Below the pieces are notes generated by a model. The model made no database searches and was not told where the DNA came from. It saw only the letters and a program-made list of their open reading frames with translations. DNA of 64,000 nt. Origin: Scyliorhinus canicula (lineage: Eukaryota). The stretch lies in assembly GCF_902713615.1 (NCBI RefSeq), contig NC_052164.1, positions 40,473,091 to 40,537,090 on the forward strand. Direction: 5' to 3'. Below, piece by piece: positions 1 to 12,564 of this stretch; within the stretch, counting starts at the first letter, position 1, and each line of letters starts with the position of its first letter. A program made the position numbers and the translations under genes.

Positions 1-37
1 GATATCTATGAATATTTTCGAATCCTAATTTATCAGA

Positions 38-74
38 GAGAATTCCCTCCCTGTTAATTAAGCAGAAAGTGAAA
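38..74 (+). promoter_or_regulatory. IFN copy 1 promoter: kappaB-like site and IRF-E/PRDI-like site
   Basis: GAGAATTCCC at 38-47 (GGGAATTCTC on the minus strand, one mismatch to GGGRNWYYCC) and GAAAGTGAAA at 65-74. A CRE/ATF-like gtaacgtca lies near 166-174. Homologous IRF sites are at 10461, 16877, 23282 and 29563. Confidence 0.65.
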
Positions 75-335
75 AAGATTTCAAATTGAAGAAGTCACTG
101 ATGGAAAGAGGTTAAAAGATTCCCTGAAAACACATCGCGGTTAGAAGCAAAATCGATCCCTTTCTGTAACGTCAAAGGAATATCCTGGTTTACACATTAA
201 AATGGACACAGCTCACCCAGGAGGAATACTCCTCAGTCCAACAGCGAAGGAGTTCAGCTCGTGTTAAAATTGCGTTCGGCGCTGAACCCGGTCCAGCCAC
301 TTTCTATAATTTCTGATCTTTGCTCTTGTTTAAAC

Positions 336-2160
336 ATGAATTTTCCAAGTGTTTGGGGCGTGTGGAGTTTGTTAATCCTGTCAGCCGGGGTACTGAGCCA
401 GGACTGCCAGAGGCTGCAGTTACAGGAAGTCTTCAACAAGGATGCTCAAAATTCACTGAAGATCATGGTGAGTTTGTGCAGAGATCCGGTGATGGGAGTA
501 ACGAATTTTAACTCGCAGATCCTTGGGAGAATCCCCGATTCAATCCGCGTTCTTAGAATAATGTAGAACATCTTCGTAATGGAATACACCATGTAGTATT
601 CAAATGTGGGAGAAATAGTGTGAAAATGATACTAAGAATGATTCGGTTCAATGGCCAGTTAAATATGTTGTAGGTCAAATCTTTAAGCAAATTGTTGAAT
701 GTCTGTTCCGCTTTTGGGGAGAATAATTTCTGAGAAAGTGTGCTTCGAGGTTCTTCTGACATAATTCTGTCCTGTTGTAGGGAGGACCCTTTCCATTGGA
801 GTGCAAAACAACGAGAGAATCTCTGAGAACCAAATCCCTGAACCTGCACCATCTCGTCAAGAGGTTACAGGTGAGTGTGCACGTTGTAAACTCTCTGACC
901 ATCCTGCTAATACTGTCAGGCGTAACAGTATGTGGGGAATGCGCGTGATCCCCAACAATGAGAACAATGTTGATTTCCGTAAAATTCCTACAGTGCAGAA
1001 GGGGGCCATTCTGCCCAATGAATCTGCACTGACCCTCCGAAAGAGCGCCCCACCCAGGTGCACAATCCCAGCCCGATAACATCCCTGGACACCAAGGGAT
1101 AATTTAACGGCCAATCCACCTAACCTGCATATTTTAGGACTGTGGGGGAAACCAGAGCACCCAGAGGAACCCCACCCACATACCGAAAGAACATTCAAAC
1201 TCCACACAGTCAACCAACGTCGGAATCGAACCCAGGCTCCCGTGGTAACCACTGCGCCACTGAGAAATAATATTGTTGTGCCTTTTGGGGGATGAACTTT
1301 GTAACCTGTAATCCTGCTCAGACTGGAAGGTGTAATAGTTATGTGTGTTTGTGTGGTGGTGGTAGTGGGCGCGCCGGGGTGGGGGTGGTGGGTGGGGTGG
1401 TGTACCCACCTCCGCAAAAATAAGAACCATAAATTCAACATTTTAGCGTTGAGCCATTGGGGGGACAGATCGACCAGCTGCTGACCAGTTTGATATTATT
1501 CTCTCTATTTACCCCAAATTGCTAACAGTATCAGGTTAGCTAATCAAAGGGGAAGATACCAGCAACCAATTTGAGACTGATCAATATTGTCACCAGCAAT
1601 AACGATGCCGACTTTTTAAAATCGAGCTTCTTACTGATTTACCGATGCACATGTCAATTAAAATGACCAGTTCAAGGAGAAATATCCTCCCTAATGTCGT
1701 TATGTATATTTTCCTCAGACACAGGACAGGATCCAGATTGTCCATCAGACCCTACGTCACATCAGCAAGATCTACAGCATGAACCTGGGCTCAGTCACAT
1801 GGGCCCGTGACAAGGTGGAACATTTCCGGCTTCTCCTGGACCGACAGCTCAGTGAGCTGCAAGAATGTGTCAGGAAACCGGGATCCAGTCTGAGGAGAAA
1901 CTCCGCCATTCACAATTACTTTCGGAAACTGGAAAAGTTTCTCAATCAGGAGGTGGGACAATTGATAAGTGCCTGAGTGATTACTGGCTTGTGGAACCAT
2001 TTCAACCTATTGGAATCTGTTCATTCTCTAATACATTTTCCCCAATGTTTCCATTTTTCAGGGATTCAGTGACTGTGCCTGGGAAATAATCCGCACTGAG
2101 ACCAGGGCCCGATTACAACAGCTCCTTTTCATAACGGCACAAATCAGCAGAAGGAATTAA
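336..2160 (+). CDS. Type I interferon, copy 1 (4 exons: 336-467, 781-870, 1719-1952, 2062-2160; 184 aa)
   Basis: GT-AG phase-0 introns join MNFPSVWGVWSLLILSAGVLSQDCQRL...KIM / GGPFPLECK...RLQ / TQDRIQIV...LQECV...YFRKLEKFLNQE / GFSDCAWEIIRTETRARLQQLLFITAQISRRN*. It has a signal peptide, 4 mature Cys, and the MGGxFPxEC, YFxKL and CAWE type I IFN motifs. Confidence 0.95.
990..1262 (-). mobile_element. Degenerate tRNA-derived V-SINE (HE1-like) in IFN intron 2, present in all five copies
   Basis: Reverse complement of the V-domain (gggttcctctgggtgctctggtttcccccacagtcc...gcaggttaggtggattggcc) plus a B-box-like ggttcgattcc. Boundaries are approximate. Confidence 0.75.
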
Positions 2161-2414
2161 AGATTTCCCATCGATATATTTAATGAAGATTGGGAGCAAT
2201 TGTTATTTATTTAAACATTATTTAAACAACCTTTTAATATTTAAGTTATGATTCCAATATTTATTTCTGGATGCACTGCATGTTCATGTTTAATTTTTTT
2301 AAATATTGGTAATTGCGACAGGCGGTGCGAGAAATATATTTATCGCAGTTTTTGTTCCATAATAGTCTGTATCTGGTGTCAAAGTTGTGCCCCGAATTGA
2401 AGTTTCACAATAAA
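2161..2414 (+). promoter_or_regulatory. IFN copy 1 3'UTR with AU-rich elements and polyadenylation signal
   Basis: About seven ATTTA pentamers, including a TTATTTATT nonamer, followed by AATAAA at 2409-2414. Equivalent UTRs follow each copy. Confidence 0.75.
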
Positions 2415-5400
2415 TATTTTGTACTTTGAATTTTATGATGTAATCTTCGTTTCCACATCTATGTTCGTGCCGCTCCGGTTTTGTTTTGTTCATCTTGTCT
2501 GAGATTTTCAATTCATTGGATGATGGAGGCTGTGCTACCCAGGAGGGAGCATCAATAGCTCTGAGCCTGATGTCCCGGGGTTCAAGTCCCAACTCCTGTC
2601 AGTTTCCTTGTTTCACTCTGCAATGTTTGATTTCTTGAAATCATGTGTAAAGGCAAACAAACATTTATTGGACAGACCCCGACCATTGAAAATTGTGATT
2701 TTTTTAACGGTTCGGTGAATTTTGATTCAGGATGAAACACTTTGGCTAACTTTTACCCGCTACAAAGCGATTGAATTATTCACAACACAAAGTCAACTGA
2801 ATAGAAAGAAAGCAAAATTATTGTCGATAAAAAGTAACAAAATCAGAGCCCATTTAAACCAGTAACGGCCTCAATATATCGGGAAATACAAGTATTACCA
2901 GAAAAAATCAGAGAAACAGGCTGCGAATCTCAGATTCCCTTTCAGTCGAAGGCAGTCTAACAGAATCAACAGATATTAAGCGGGAGCTAAATTGTTTTGT
3001 TGCCATCAGTCGACCAGATGTGAACTGATAGTTTTCGGGAGAATGTTTGCCCAGTGTTTTCTGAAAATGTAACTATTCTTTTTATGGTGGGAGGGATTTC
3101 CATTGGGAATTCATCTCATTGCCATGTCCACACACTGGTGATCATCTCTTCGCAATAAATGTCATCGTGCAAGCATTTTGTGAGATCCAGTGAAACGCAG
3201 TATAACTGCCGTCTGCACTAATTCTCGAATTTCCCTCCAGCGCGACATTGTTTTGCTTAATTTGATCTTTTTGGAGCACATACAACAATGCGTAACATTA
3301 AAGCAACATCATTTTTAAATATGTATACTATTGTGAATACATATAGTGAATAGAAATTCGGCACTGCCACATTATTGTCATTTTCAATCTGATTTGGCCA
3401 TCTAGAATTTTCACTGCTTGTTGCCCCTTCCCCATCATCGACACAACAATATAGGATTGGTCTATGGAAAGATATTTGCCCTCTGCAGTCCAGAATAGTG
3501 AAGTAAAGTCGCTATAGCCTCAGATGACCACAGGCTGCTTTGAGGGGTAGAGCTGGCTGTTGGTGATTTAAGCTGAGGATCACTACATCTCAGTTAGCGG
3601 CAAGGTTGAGAAGGGAGGTGGTTGTGGGGGAAGGGGAGGGGGTTAATGAATAGTGTTGGACTACAATCAACCAAAGGACGCTGCTCCGCAACAATCCCTG
3701 GACTAAATGATGAAGCAAGCAGGTGAGTCAGAGCGAAATAAAGGTCTGAAAATGGTGCCACTTTCAGCCAGAACTACAAAGTGGATGATCCGTTTTGGCC
3801 TCTCCCCGAGGTTCCCAGCACCACAGATGTCAGTCTTCAACTAATTCCATCCACTGCAGGCTGAACGTACTGTGTACAGCAAAGGCTATGAGTCCCGGAT
3901 AACATCCCGAATGAAGAGGACTGAAGGTTCGATCCTCCGGAGCTAGGCACGCTCCTCGCCAGGATGCTCCACGTTCACTATCATCGCACAAACCCATCAT
4001 CCCCATCTCTGTTGACCTCAATGGGTTCCTGTCCCCTCATATACCATGTTTAAAACGCTTGTCTCATCCACACTTCCTCAGTGGCTTTTCCTTGCCTTAT
4101 ATGGATTCGTTGGTCTTCTGAGATGGGACTGCCCTTCCTGTCACTTCACTAATGGGGATAGAACTTCAAGCTCCCTTCCGCTCTCTCTTTCCACACTCCA
4201 ATCCTGAAATTCCTGTGCATCTCAATCTCACACATCCCCTCATCAAATTTGTCATCACCCTCCTCTTCTGCACCCCTCTGATTGGGCATTCATTTTTCTA
4301 CATAGTGCGTCAAGTTGTAAAGGTGTCTTGGGGGCATTTATATCTTAAATGAATCACAAAATGCAAATTGTTGTGCTGTACCTGCCAGCTGACATCACTG
4401 AACCATAAAGAACTGGTTTCTCACGATGAAACTTTTAAAAAGTACCTTTTTAGGGGAACACTAATGAGTTTATATTGTCAAATTCTTCACTTACTTTTTA
4501 GTAATGAACATAAATAAAATGGAACATTTGACCATAACCATCCTTATGCATGAAATGCCTTACATTGTACACTTGTAAGGCACTGCGAACATATAACACA
4601 CATTGAGGAATTTATTTTTGAAACGTAAAACAAATTCATATCTTGACAGTAGTTCTACTCTGGCTATTTTTTCCCGTTTCATTTGGAATACGCAATTTGT
4701 TTTCCAAGTAAGGGCAATTTAGCTTGGCTAATCCACCTACCTCGACATCTTTTTGTGTTGTGCGGGTGAGACCTACCCAGACACGGAGAGAACATGTAAA
4801 CTCCATATGGACAGTGAATGCTGTGACTAAGATGCACTTGATAAATAGTCAAGCTAGCTGCTTGATTAGGTGGTGTGCCCAGTTGCTATTCTTGACGTGT
4901 GGAAATGGTTTCCCATTTGGTTGCAGTATAAAATAAACAATTACTAATTGTAACTTGAAATGAGGTAGCTGCATTGCAATCATCTCTCCAGAGATTAAAT
5001 GATACCCTCGTTTTGAATCCCTTACAATTCTCTTAAATATATTTTTCAATATCTCAACACTTCCAAGCGTTTGGCCATGATGAAAGAGAAGGAATGGAGA
5101 AATAAGAGTCGTGAAAGACAATGTTCATTGAATAGTTTCTACTGGAGAGAAAAGGGGAGCATCAATGATGAGACCCAAGAGATAGAAGACACATGTTGTG
5201 TAAATGTGGTGCAAAAACTGTCACAATGATTCAGAAGCACAGTAACATTGGCTAATTGTATTATGTAATTGAAACTATTAAATATGTTTATTTGACTAAA
5301 ATGTAGAATAGAAGCAAGATTAGCAGGAGACATCCATTTAGTCCTTTCAGTCAACTGTTTATGGCAGATCTTCTGTGTCTAATCTTCCTTAACGATTCCC

Positions 5401-5617
5401 CTATTCCATAATATCGTAAAATCTATCACATAGATCTAACACTCTAACCAAAAAAAAAACCCACGGTCGTTGGGAAGCGGGTGCAGGGGCCTGTTGGGAA
5501 GGTGGGTGAGTGCCTTTAAATTTGCTTACCTTTCAGCGGGAGCAGGGTTTGAGGGAATATCAGGTAAGCTCTTCCTTTCTTTTTCTTTTTCTTGTTTTTT
5601 TTTTAAATCTAGAGGTG

Positions 5618-6546
5618 ATGTCAGGGAAGGCAGTACAGTGCTCCTCCTGCAGAATGTTTGCGGTGAGGGACACCGTCAGTGTCCCTGCTGATTTCAGCTA
5701 TGGGAAGTGCACCCAACTCCAGCTCCTCAAAAACCATGTTAGGGACCTGGAGCTTGAGCTGGATGAACTTCGGATCATTCGGGAGGCAGAGGGGGTCATA
5801 GATAGAAGCTTCAGGGAGGTAGTTACGCCAAAGAATAAAGATAGATGGGTGACGGTGAGAGGGGCTGGGGGTAAGCAGTCAGTACAGGGATCCCCTGTGG
5901 TCGTTCCCCTTAGTAACAAGTATACCGTTTGGATACTTGTGGGGGGGGGGGGACTTACCAGGGATAAGCCATGGGGTACGGGCCTCTGGCACGGAGTCTG
6001 TCCCTGTTGCTCAGAAGGGAAGGGGGGAAAGGAGTAGAACATTAGTAATTGGGGACTCAATAGTCAGGGGCACAGATAGGAGATTTTGTGGGAGCGAGAG
6101 AGACTCACGTTTGGTATGTTGCCTCCCAGGTGCAAGGGTACGTGATGTCTTGGATCATGTTTTCCGGGTCCTTAAGGGGGAGGGGGAGCAGCCCCAAGTC
6201 GTAGTCCACATTGGCACTAACGACATAGGTAGGAAAGGGGATTAGGATGTCAGGCAGGCCTTTATGGAGCTAGGTTGGAAGCTCAGAGCGAGAACAAACA
6301 GACTTGTTATCTCTGGGTTGTTGCCCATGCCACGTGATAGTGAGACGAGGAATAGGGAGAGAGAGCAATTAAACACGTGGCTACAGGGATGGTGCAGGCA
6401 GGAGGGATTCAGATTTCTGGATAACTGGGGCTCTTTCTGGGGAAGGTGGGACCTCTATAGACCGGATGGTCTACATCTGAACCTGAGGGGCACCAATATC
6501 CTGGGGGGGGGGGGGAGATTTGTTAGTGCTCTTTGGGGGGATTTAA
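5618..6546 (+). pseudogene. CR1 ORF1 (zinc-finger/leucine zipper plus SGNH esterase), disrupted
   Basis: MSGKAVQCSSCRM...KCTQLQLL...LELELDEL, then GDSIVRG, HIGTND and DGLHLN motifs. There are frameshifts at G homopolymers (~5941 and ~6503) and an in-frame TAG at 6243-6245. The end is approximate. Confidence 0.85.
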
Positions 6547-6659
6547 ACTCATTCAGCAGGGGCATGGGAACCTGGATTGTAGTTTTGGGGTACGGGAGAT
6601 TGAGAGTATAGAGGTCAGGAGCACAGATTTGACTTTCCAGGAGGGTGCCAGTGTTCAGG

Positions 6660-9433
6660 TAGGTGGTTTGAAGTGTATCTTCTTCAATGCCAGGAGTATA
6701 CGAAATAAGGTAGGGGAACTGGCAGCATGGGTTGGTACCTGGGACTTCGATATTGTGGCCATTTCAGAGACATGGATAGAGCAGGGACAGGAATGGTTGT
6801 TGCAGGTTCCGGGGTTTAGGTGTTTTAGTAAGCTCAGAGAAGGGGGCAAAAAAGGGTGAGGTGTGGCGCTGCTAGTCAAGGACAGTATTATGGTGGCGGA
6901 AAGGATGCTAGATGGGGACTCTTCTTCCGAGGTAGTATGGGCTGAGGTTAGAAACAGGAAAGGAGAGGTCACCCTGTTGGGAGTTTTCTATAGGCCACCT
7001 AATAGTTCTAGGGATGTAGAGGAAAGGATGGTGAAGATGATTCTGGAAAAGAGCGAAAGTAACAGGGTAGTTGTTATGGGAGACTTTAACTTTCCAAATA
7101 TTGACTGGAAAAGATATAGTTCGAGTACATTAGATGGGTCGTTCTTTGTACAATGTGTGCAGGAGGGTTTCCTGACACAATATGTTGACAGGCCAACAAG
7201 AGGCGAGGCCACATTGGATTTGGTTTTGGGTAATGAACCAGGCCAGGTGTTAGATCTGGAGGTAGGTGAGCACTTTGGAGACAGTGACCACAATTCGGTG
7301 ACCTTTACGTTAGTGATGGAAAGGGATAAGTGTACCCCGCAGGGCAAGAGTTATAGCTGGGGGAAGGGCAATTATGATGTCATTAGACATGACTTAGGAT
7401 GTGTAGGTTGGAGAAGTAGGCTGCAAGGGTTGGGCACACTGGACATGTGGAGCTTGTTCAAGGAACAGCTATTGCGTGTTCTTGATAAGTATGTACCAGT
7501 CAGGCAGGGAGGAAGGGGTAGAGCGAGGGAACCGTGGTTTACCAAAGAATTGGAATCTCTTGTTAAGAGGTAGAAGGCCTATGTGAAGATGAGGCGTGAA
7601 GTTTCAGTTGGGGCGCTTGATAGTTACAAGGAAGCGAGGAAGGATCTAATGAGAGAGCTAAGACGAGCAAGGAGGGGACATGAGAAGTCTTTGGCAGGTA
7701 GGATCAAGGAAAACCCAAAAGCTTTCTATAGGTATGTCAGGAATAAAAGAATGACTAGGGTAAGAGTAGGGCCAGTCAAGGACAGTGGTGGGAAGTTGTG
7801 TGTGGAGGCTGAGGAGATAATCGAGATACTAAATGAATACTTTTCGTCAGTATTCACTCAGGAAAAAGATAATGTTGTGGAGGAGAATGCTGAGACCCAG
7901 ACTATTAGAATAGATGGCATTGAGGTGCGTAGGGAAGAGGTGTTGGCAATTCTGGACAAGATGAAAATAGATAAGTCCCCGGGGCCTGATGGGATTTATC
8001 CTAGGATTCTCTGGGAAGCCAGGGAAGAGATTGCTGAGCCTTTGGCTTTGATTTTTATGTCATCATTGGCTACAGGAATAGTGCCAGAGGACTGGAGGAT
8101 AGCAAATGTGGTCCCTTTGTTCAAGAAGGGGAGTAGAGATAACCCCGGTAACTATAGGCCGGTGAGCCTCACATCTGTTGTGGGTAAAGTCTTGGAGAGG
8201 ATTATAAGAGATACGATTTATAATCATCTAGACATGAATAATATGATTAGGGATAGTCAGCATGGTTTTGTGAAGGGTAGGTCATGCCTCACAAACCTTA
8301 TCGAGTTCTTTGAGAAGGTGACTGAACAGGTAGACGAGGGTAGAGCAGTTGATGTGGTGTATATGGATTTCAGTAAAGCATTTGATAAGGTTCCCCACGG
8401 TCGGCTATTGCTGAAAATACGGAGGCTGGGGATTGAGGGTGATTTAGAGATGTGGATCAGAAATTGGCTAGTTGAAAGAAGACAGAGGGTGGTGGATGAT
8501 GGCAAATGTTCAGAATGGAGTTCAGTTATGAGTGGCGGACAACAAGGATCTGTTCTGGGGCCGTTGCTGTTTGTCATTTTTATAAATGACCTAGAGGAGG
8601 GCACAGAAGGTTGGGTGAGTAAATTTGCAGACGACACTAAAGTCGGTGGAGTTGTAGACAGTGTGGAAGGATGTTGCAGGTTACAGAGGGACATATATAA
8701 GCTGCAGAGCTGGGCTGAGAGGTGGCAAATGGAGTTTAATGTAGAGAAGTGTGAGGTGATTCACTTTGGAAAGAATAACAGGAATGCGGACTATTTGGCT
8801 AATGGTAAAATTCTTGGTAGTGTGGATGAGCAGAGGGATCTCGGTGTCCATGTACATAGATCCCTGAAAGTTGCCACCCAGGTTGATAGGGTTGTGAAGA
8901 AGGCCTATGGTGTGTTGGCCTTTATTGGTAGAGGGATTGAGTTCCGGAGCCCTGAGGTCATGTTGCAGCTGTACAAAACTCTGGTACGGCCGCATTTGGA
9001 GTATTGCGTACAGTTCTGGTCGCTTCATTATAGGAAGGACGTGGAAGCTTTCGAACGGGTGCAGAGGAGATTTACCAGGATGTTGCCTGATATGGAGGGA
9101 AAATCTTATGAGGAAAGGCTGATGGACTTGAGGTTGTTTTCGTTAGAGAGAAGAAGGTTAAGAGGTGACTTAATAGAGGCATACAAAATGATCAGAGGGT
9201 TAGATAGGGTGGACAGTGAGAGCCTTCTCCCGCGGATGGAGGTGGCTAGCACGAGGGGACATAGCCTTAAATTGAGGGGTAATAGATATAGGACAGAGGT
9301 CAGAGGTGGGTTTTTTACGCAAAGAGTGGTGAGGCCGTGGAATGCCCTACCTGCAACAGTAGTGCACTCGCCAACATTGAGGGCATTTAAAAGTTTATTG
9401 GATAAGCATATGGGTGATAATGGCATAGTGTAG
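6660..9433 (+). pseudogene. CR1 ORF2 (APE endonuclease plus reverse transcriptase), two in-frame stops
   Basis: NARSIRNK, SETW, YRPP, GDFN and SDH endonuclease motifs; KSPGPDG, YRPVSL, DFSKAFD, QGSVLGP and FADD RT motifs. Stops at 6857-6859 and 7571-7573; 7583-9433 is open. Confidence 0.92.
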
Positions 9434-10731
9434 GTTAGATTGCCTTTAGTTTTTGACTTCCCATGTCGGTGCAACATCGTGGGCCAAAGGGCCTGTACTG
9501 CGCTGTATCGTTCTATGTTCTATGTTCTATAGTTGATCAATGGCAAAACATCCACAAGCTCCTTAGGTAGAAAATGTCAACGTTTTGCACCATTTTCTTT
9601 CTTTCATGGGATGTGTCCATCATTTGTTTTTCATCCTTAACTATCCTTGGATGTGGTGGTACTGACAATTGAATGGGCTGCGTGGCCATTTCAGAGGGCA
9701 GTTCGGAGCCGACCACATTGCTGTCGGTCAGGAGTCACATGCAGGCCGCACAAGCTGAGAATAGCAAATTCCCGCTTCCATGAAGGCCATTGGTGTATCT
9801 GATGTGATTTTATGACAACTAAGGACGGGTTAATGGTGACCCTTAATGCGATTGCCTTTCAATTTCAGATGCATTAATTGAATGTATATTCCATTATGTC
9901 TCCAGTTCATTAGTCTGGCCCTCTAGATTACTGCTCCAGAGAAATTGCCACCACACAATCATTCCCCGTACGTTTCGTACTTTAGAAATTTCCCCTCAAC
10001 TTCTTGATAACTGCGGCAGTTACACTTCGTTCGAGATTCTCCGGCAGTGAGATACTTGCCCAATGTTTACCTTATCAAAGGCTCACACATTTTACAAGTT
10101 CCAATGGTAACACCTCTCATTCTCTTAAATTCCACGGATTGTATGTGCATCTTCTCAATCTCCCATGCCAGGAGTAGGTTTGCTCGTATATCCTTGCTTA
10201 GGTAAAGAGACAGAAACTAATACTTTAAACATTCGAGTCAGTGCGCACGCTGGCAGTGACCTGAGCAGTTTCCCATGAAAGATTGTTCCGCATTTTAGGG
10301 TCTTAAAATATATGAACTGATTTTTAAAAAGCAATTCCTTATCATTGCCTGGAGTTCAAAGGAGCAACAGATGTGAACATTTGGGCAAAAACTTTTGATA
10401 TCTATGAATATTTTCGAACCCTAATTTATAAGAGAGAATTCCCTCCCTGTTGATTAAGCAAAAAGTGAAAAAGGTTTCAAATTGAAGAAGTCACTGATTG
10501 AAAGAGGTTAAAAGAGTCCCTGAAAACACATCGCGGTTAGAAGCAAAATCGATCCCTTTCTGTAACGTCAAAGGAATATCCTGGTTTACATCTTAAAATG
10601 GACACAGCTCACCCAGGAGGAATATTCCTCAGTCCAACAGCGAAGGAGTTCAGCTCGTGTTAAAATTGCGTTCGGCGCTGAACCCGGCCCAGCCACGTTC
10701 TATCATTCCTGATCTTTGCTCTTGTTTAAAC

Positions 10732-12564
10732 ATGAATTTTCCAAGTGTTTGGGGCGTGTGGACTTTGTTAATCTTGTTACCCGGGGTCTTGAGCCAGGAC
10801 TGCCAGAGGCTGCAGTTACAGGAAGTCTTCAACAAGGATGCTCAAAATTCCTTGAAGATCATGGTGAGTTTGTGCAGAGATCCGGTGATGAGAGTAACGA
10901 ATTTTAACTCGCAGATCCTCGGGAGAATCCCCGATTCAATTCGCGTTCTTAGAAAAATGTAGAACATCTCCGTAATGGAATACACCATGTAGTATTCAAA
11001 TGTGGGAGAAATAGTGTGAAAATGATACTAAGAATGATTCAGTTCAATGGCCAGTTAAATATGTTGTAGGTCAAATCTTTATGCAAATTGTTGAATGTCT
11101 GTTCCGCTTTTGGGGAGAATAATTTCTGAGAAAGTGTGCTTCGAGCTTGTTCTGACATCATTCTGTCCTGTTGTAGGGAGGACCCTTTCCATTGGAGTGC
11201 AAAACAACGAGAGAATCGCTGAGAACCAAATCCCTGAACCTGCACCATCTCGTCAAGAGGTTACAGGTGAGTGTGCACGTTGTAAACTCTCTGACCATCC
11301 TGCTAATACTGTCAGGCGTAATAGTCATGTGGGGAAGGCAGCGAGATCCTCAACAATGAGAACAATGTTGATTTCCGTAAAATTCCTACAATGCAGAAGG
11401 GGGCCATTCATCCCAAGGAATCTGCACTGACCAGCTGAAAGAGCGGCCCACCCTGGTCCACTCCCCAGCCCCATAACATCCCTGGACAGCAAGAGGTAAT
11501 TTAACGGTCAATCCACCTAACCTGCACACCTTTGGACTGTGGGAGGAAACTGGAGCACCCAGAGGAACCCCACGCACATACCGGGAGAACATGCAAACTC
11601 CACACAGCCAAAGTCGAAATCGAACCCAGGTTCCTGTGCTAACCACTGTGCCACTGAGAAATTCTAATGTTGAGCCTTTTGGGGATGAACTTTGTAACCT
11701 GTAATCCTGCTAATACTGGAAGGCGTAATAGTCATGTGTGTGTGTGGTGGTGGTGGTGGTGGGGGCGCCGGGGTGGGGTGGGGGGAGGAGGGCGGTGTAC
11801 CCACCTCCGCAAAAATACGAACCATGAGTCCAAAATTTTAATGTTGAATGATTGGGGGGGGGGGGGGGGGGCAGACGGACCAGCTGCCGAACAGTTTAAT
11901 ATTCTTCTCTCCATTTACCCCAAATTGCTAACAGTATCAGGTTAGCTAATCAAAGGGGAAGATACCAGTAACCAATTTGAGATTGATCAAATTGTCACCA
12001 GCAATAGCGATGCCGACCATTTCAAATCGAGCTCCTTACAGATTTACCGATGCACGTGTCAATTAAAATAACCAGTTCAAGGAGAAATATCCTCTCTAAT
12101 GTCATTGTGTATATTTTCCTCAGACACAGGACAGGATCCAGATTGTCCATCAGACCCTACGTCACATCAGCAAGATCTACAGCATGAACCTGGGCTCAGT
12201 CACCTGGGCCCGGGACAAGGTGGAACATTTCCGGCTTCTCCTGGACCGACAGCTCAGTGAGCTGGAAGAATGTGTCAGGAAACCGGGATCCAGTCTGAGG
12301 AGAAACTCCGCCATTCATAATTACTTTCGGAAACTGGAAAAGTTTCTCAATCAGGAGGTGGGACAATTGATAAGTGCCTGAGTGATTACTGGCTTGTCGA
12401 TCATTTCAACCCATTGGAATCTGTTCATTCTCTAATACATTTTCCCCAATGTTTCCATTTTTCAGGGATTCAGTGACTGTGCCTGGGAAATAATCCGCAC
12501 TGAGACCAGGGCCCGATTACAACAGCTCCTTTTCATAACGGCACAAATCAGCAGAAGGAATTAA
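10732..12564 (+). CDS. Type I interferon, copy 2 (exons 10732-10863, 11177-11266, 12124-12357, 12466-12564; 184 aa)
   Basis: Same splice sites and motifs as copy 1. Signal peptide ...WTLLILLPGVLS; ELEEC; CAWE intact. Confidence 0.95.

Larger units (their letters stand above)
5434..9528 (+). mobile_element. Near full-length CR1-clade LINE inserted in the spacer of unit 1 only
   Basis: ORF1 and ORF2 are present with a (TTCTATG)n tail at 9511-9530. The other units show the empty site (aaatctaacatataattgatcaatgg). ATAG flanks both ends (5430-5433 and 9529-9532). Confidence 0.95.

Noticed and set aside
202-267. 21-codon upstream ORF before the IFN start
   Set aside because: The transcription start is unknown and the ORF probably lies at or before it. 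Its length differs between copies, and conservation is explained by recent duplication.
261-566. 101-aa ORF and its equivalents as stand-alone genes
   Set aside because: These are IFN exon 1 with a non-ATG upstream extension and read-through into intron 1. The real ATG is at 336 and the donor at 468.
2528-2600. tRNA-like sequence with a B-box (ggttcaagtccc) after each IFN gene
   Set aside because: No convincing cloverleaf or A-box; most likely a decayed SINE head.
11095-11430. 111-aa ORF repeated in units 2-5
   Set aside because: It is an off-frame overlap of exon 2 and intron sequence and is not present as such in unit 1. Recurrence reflects duplication only.
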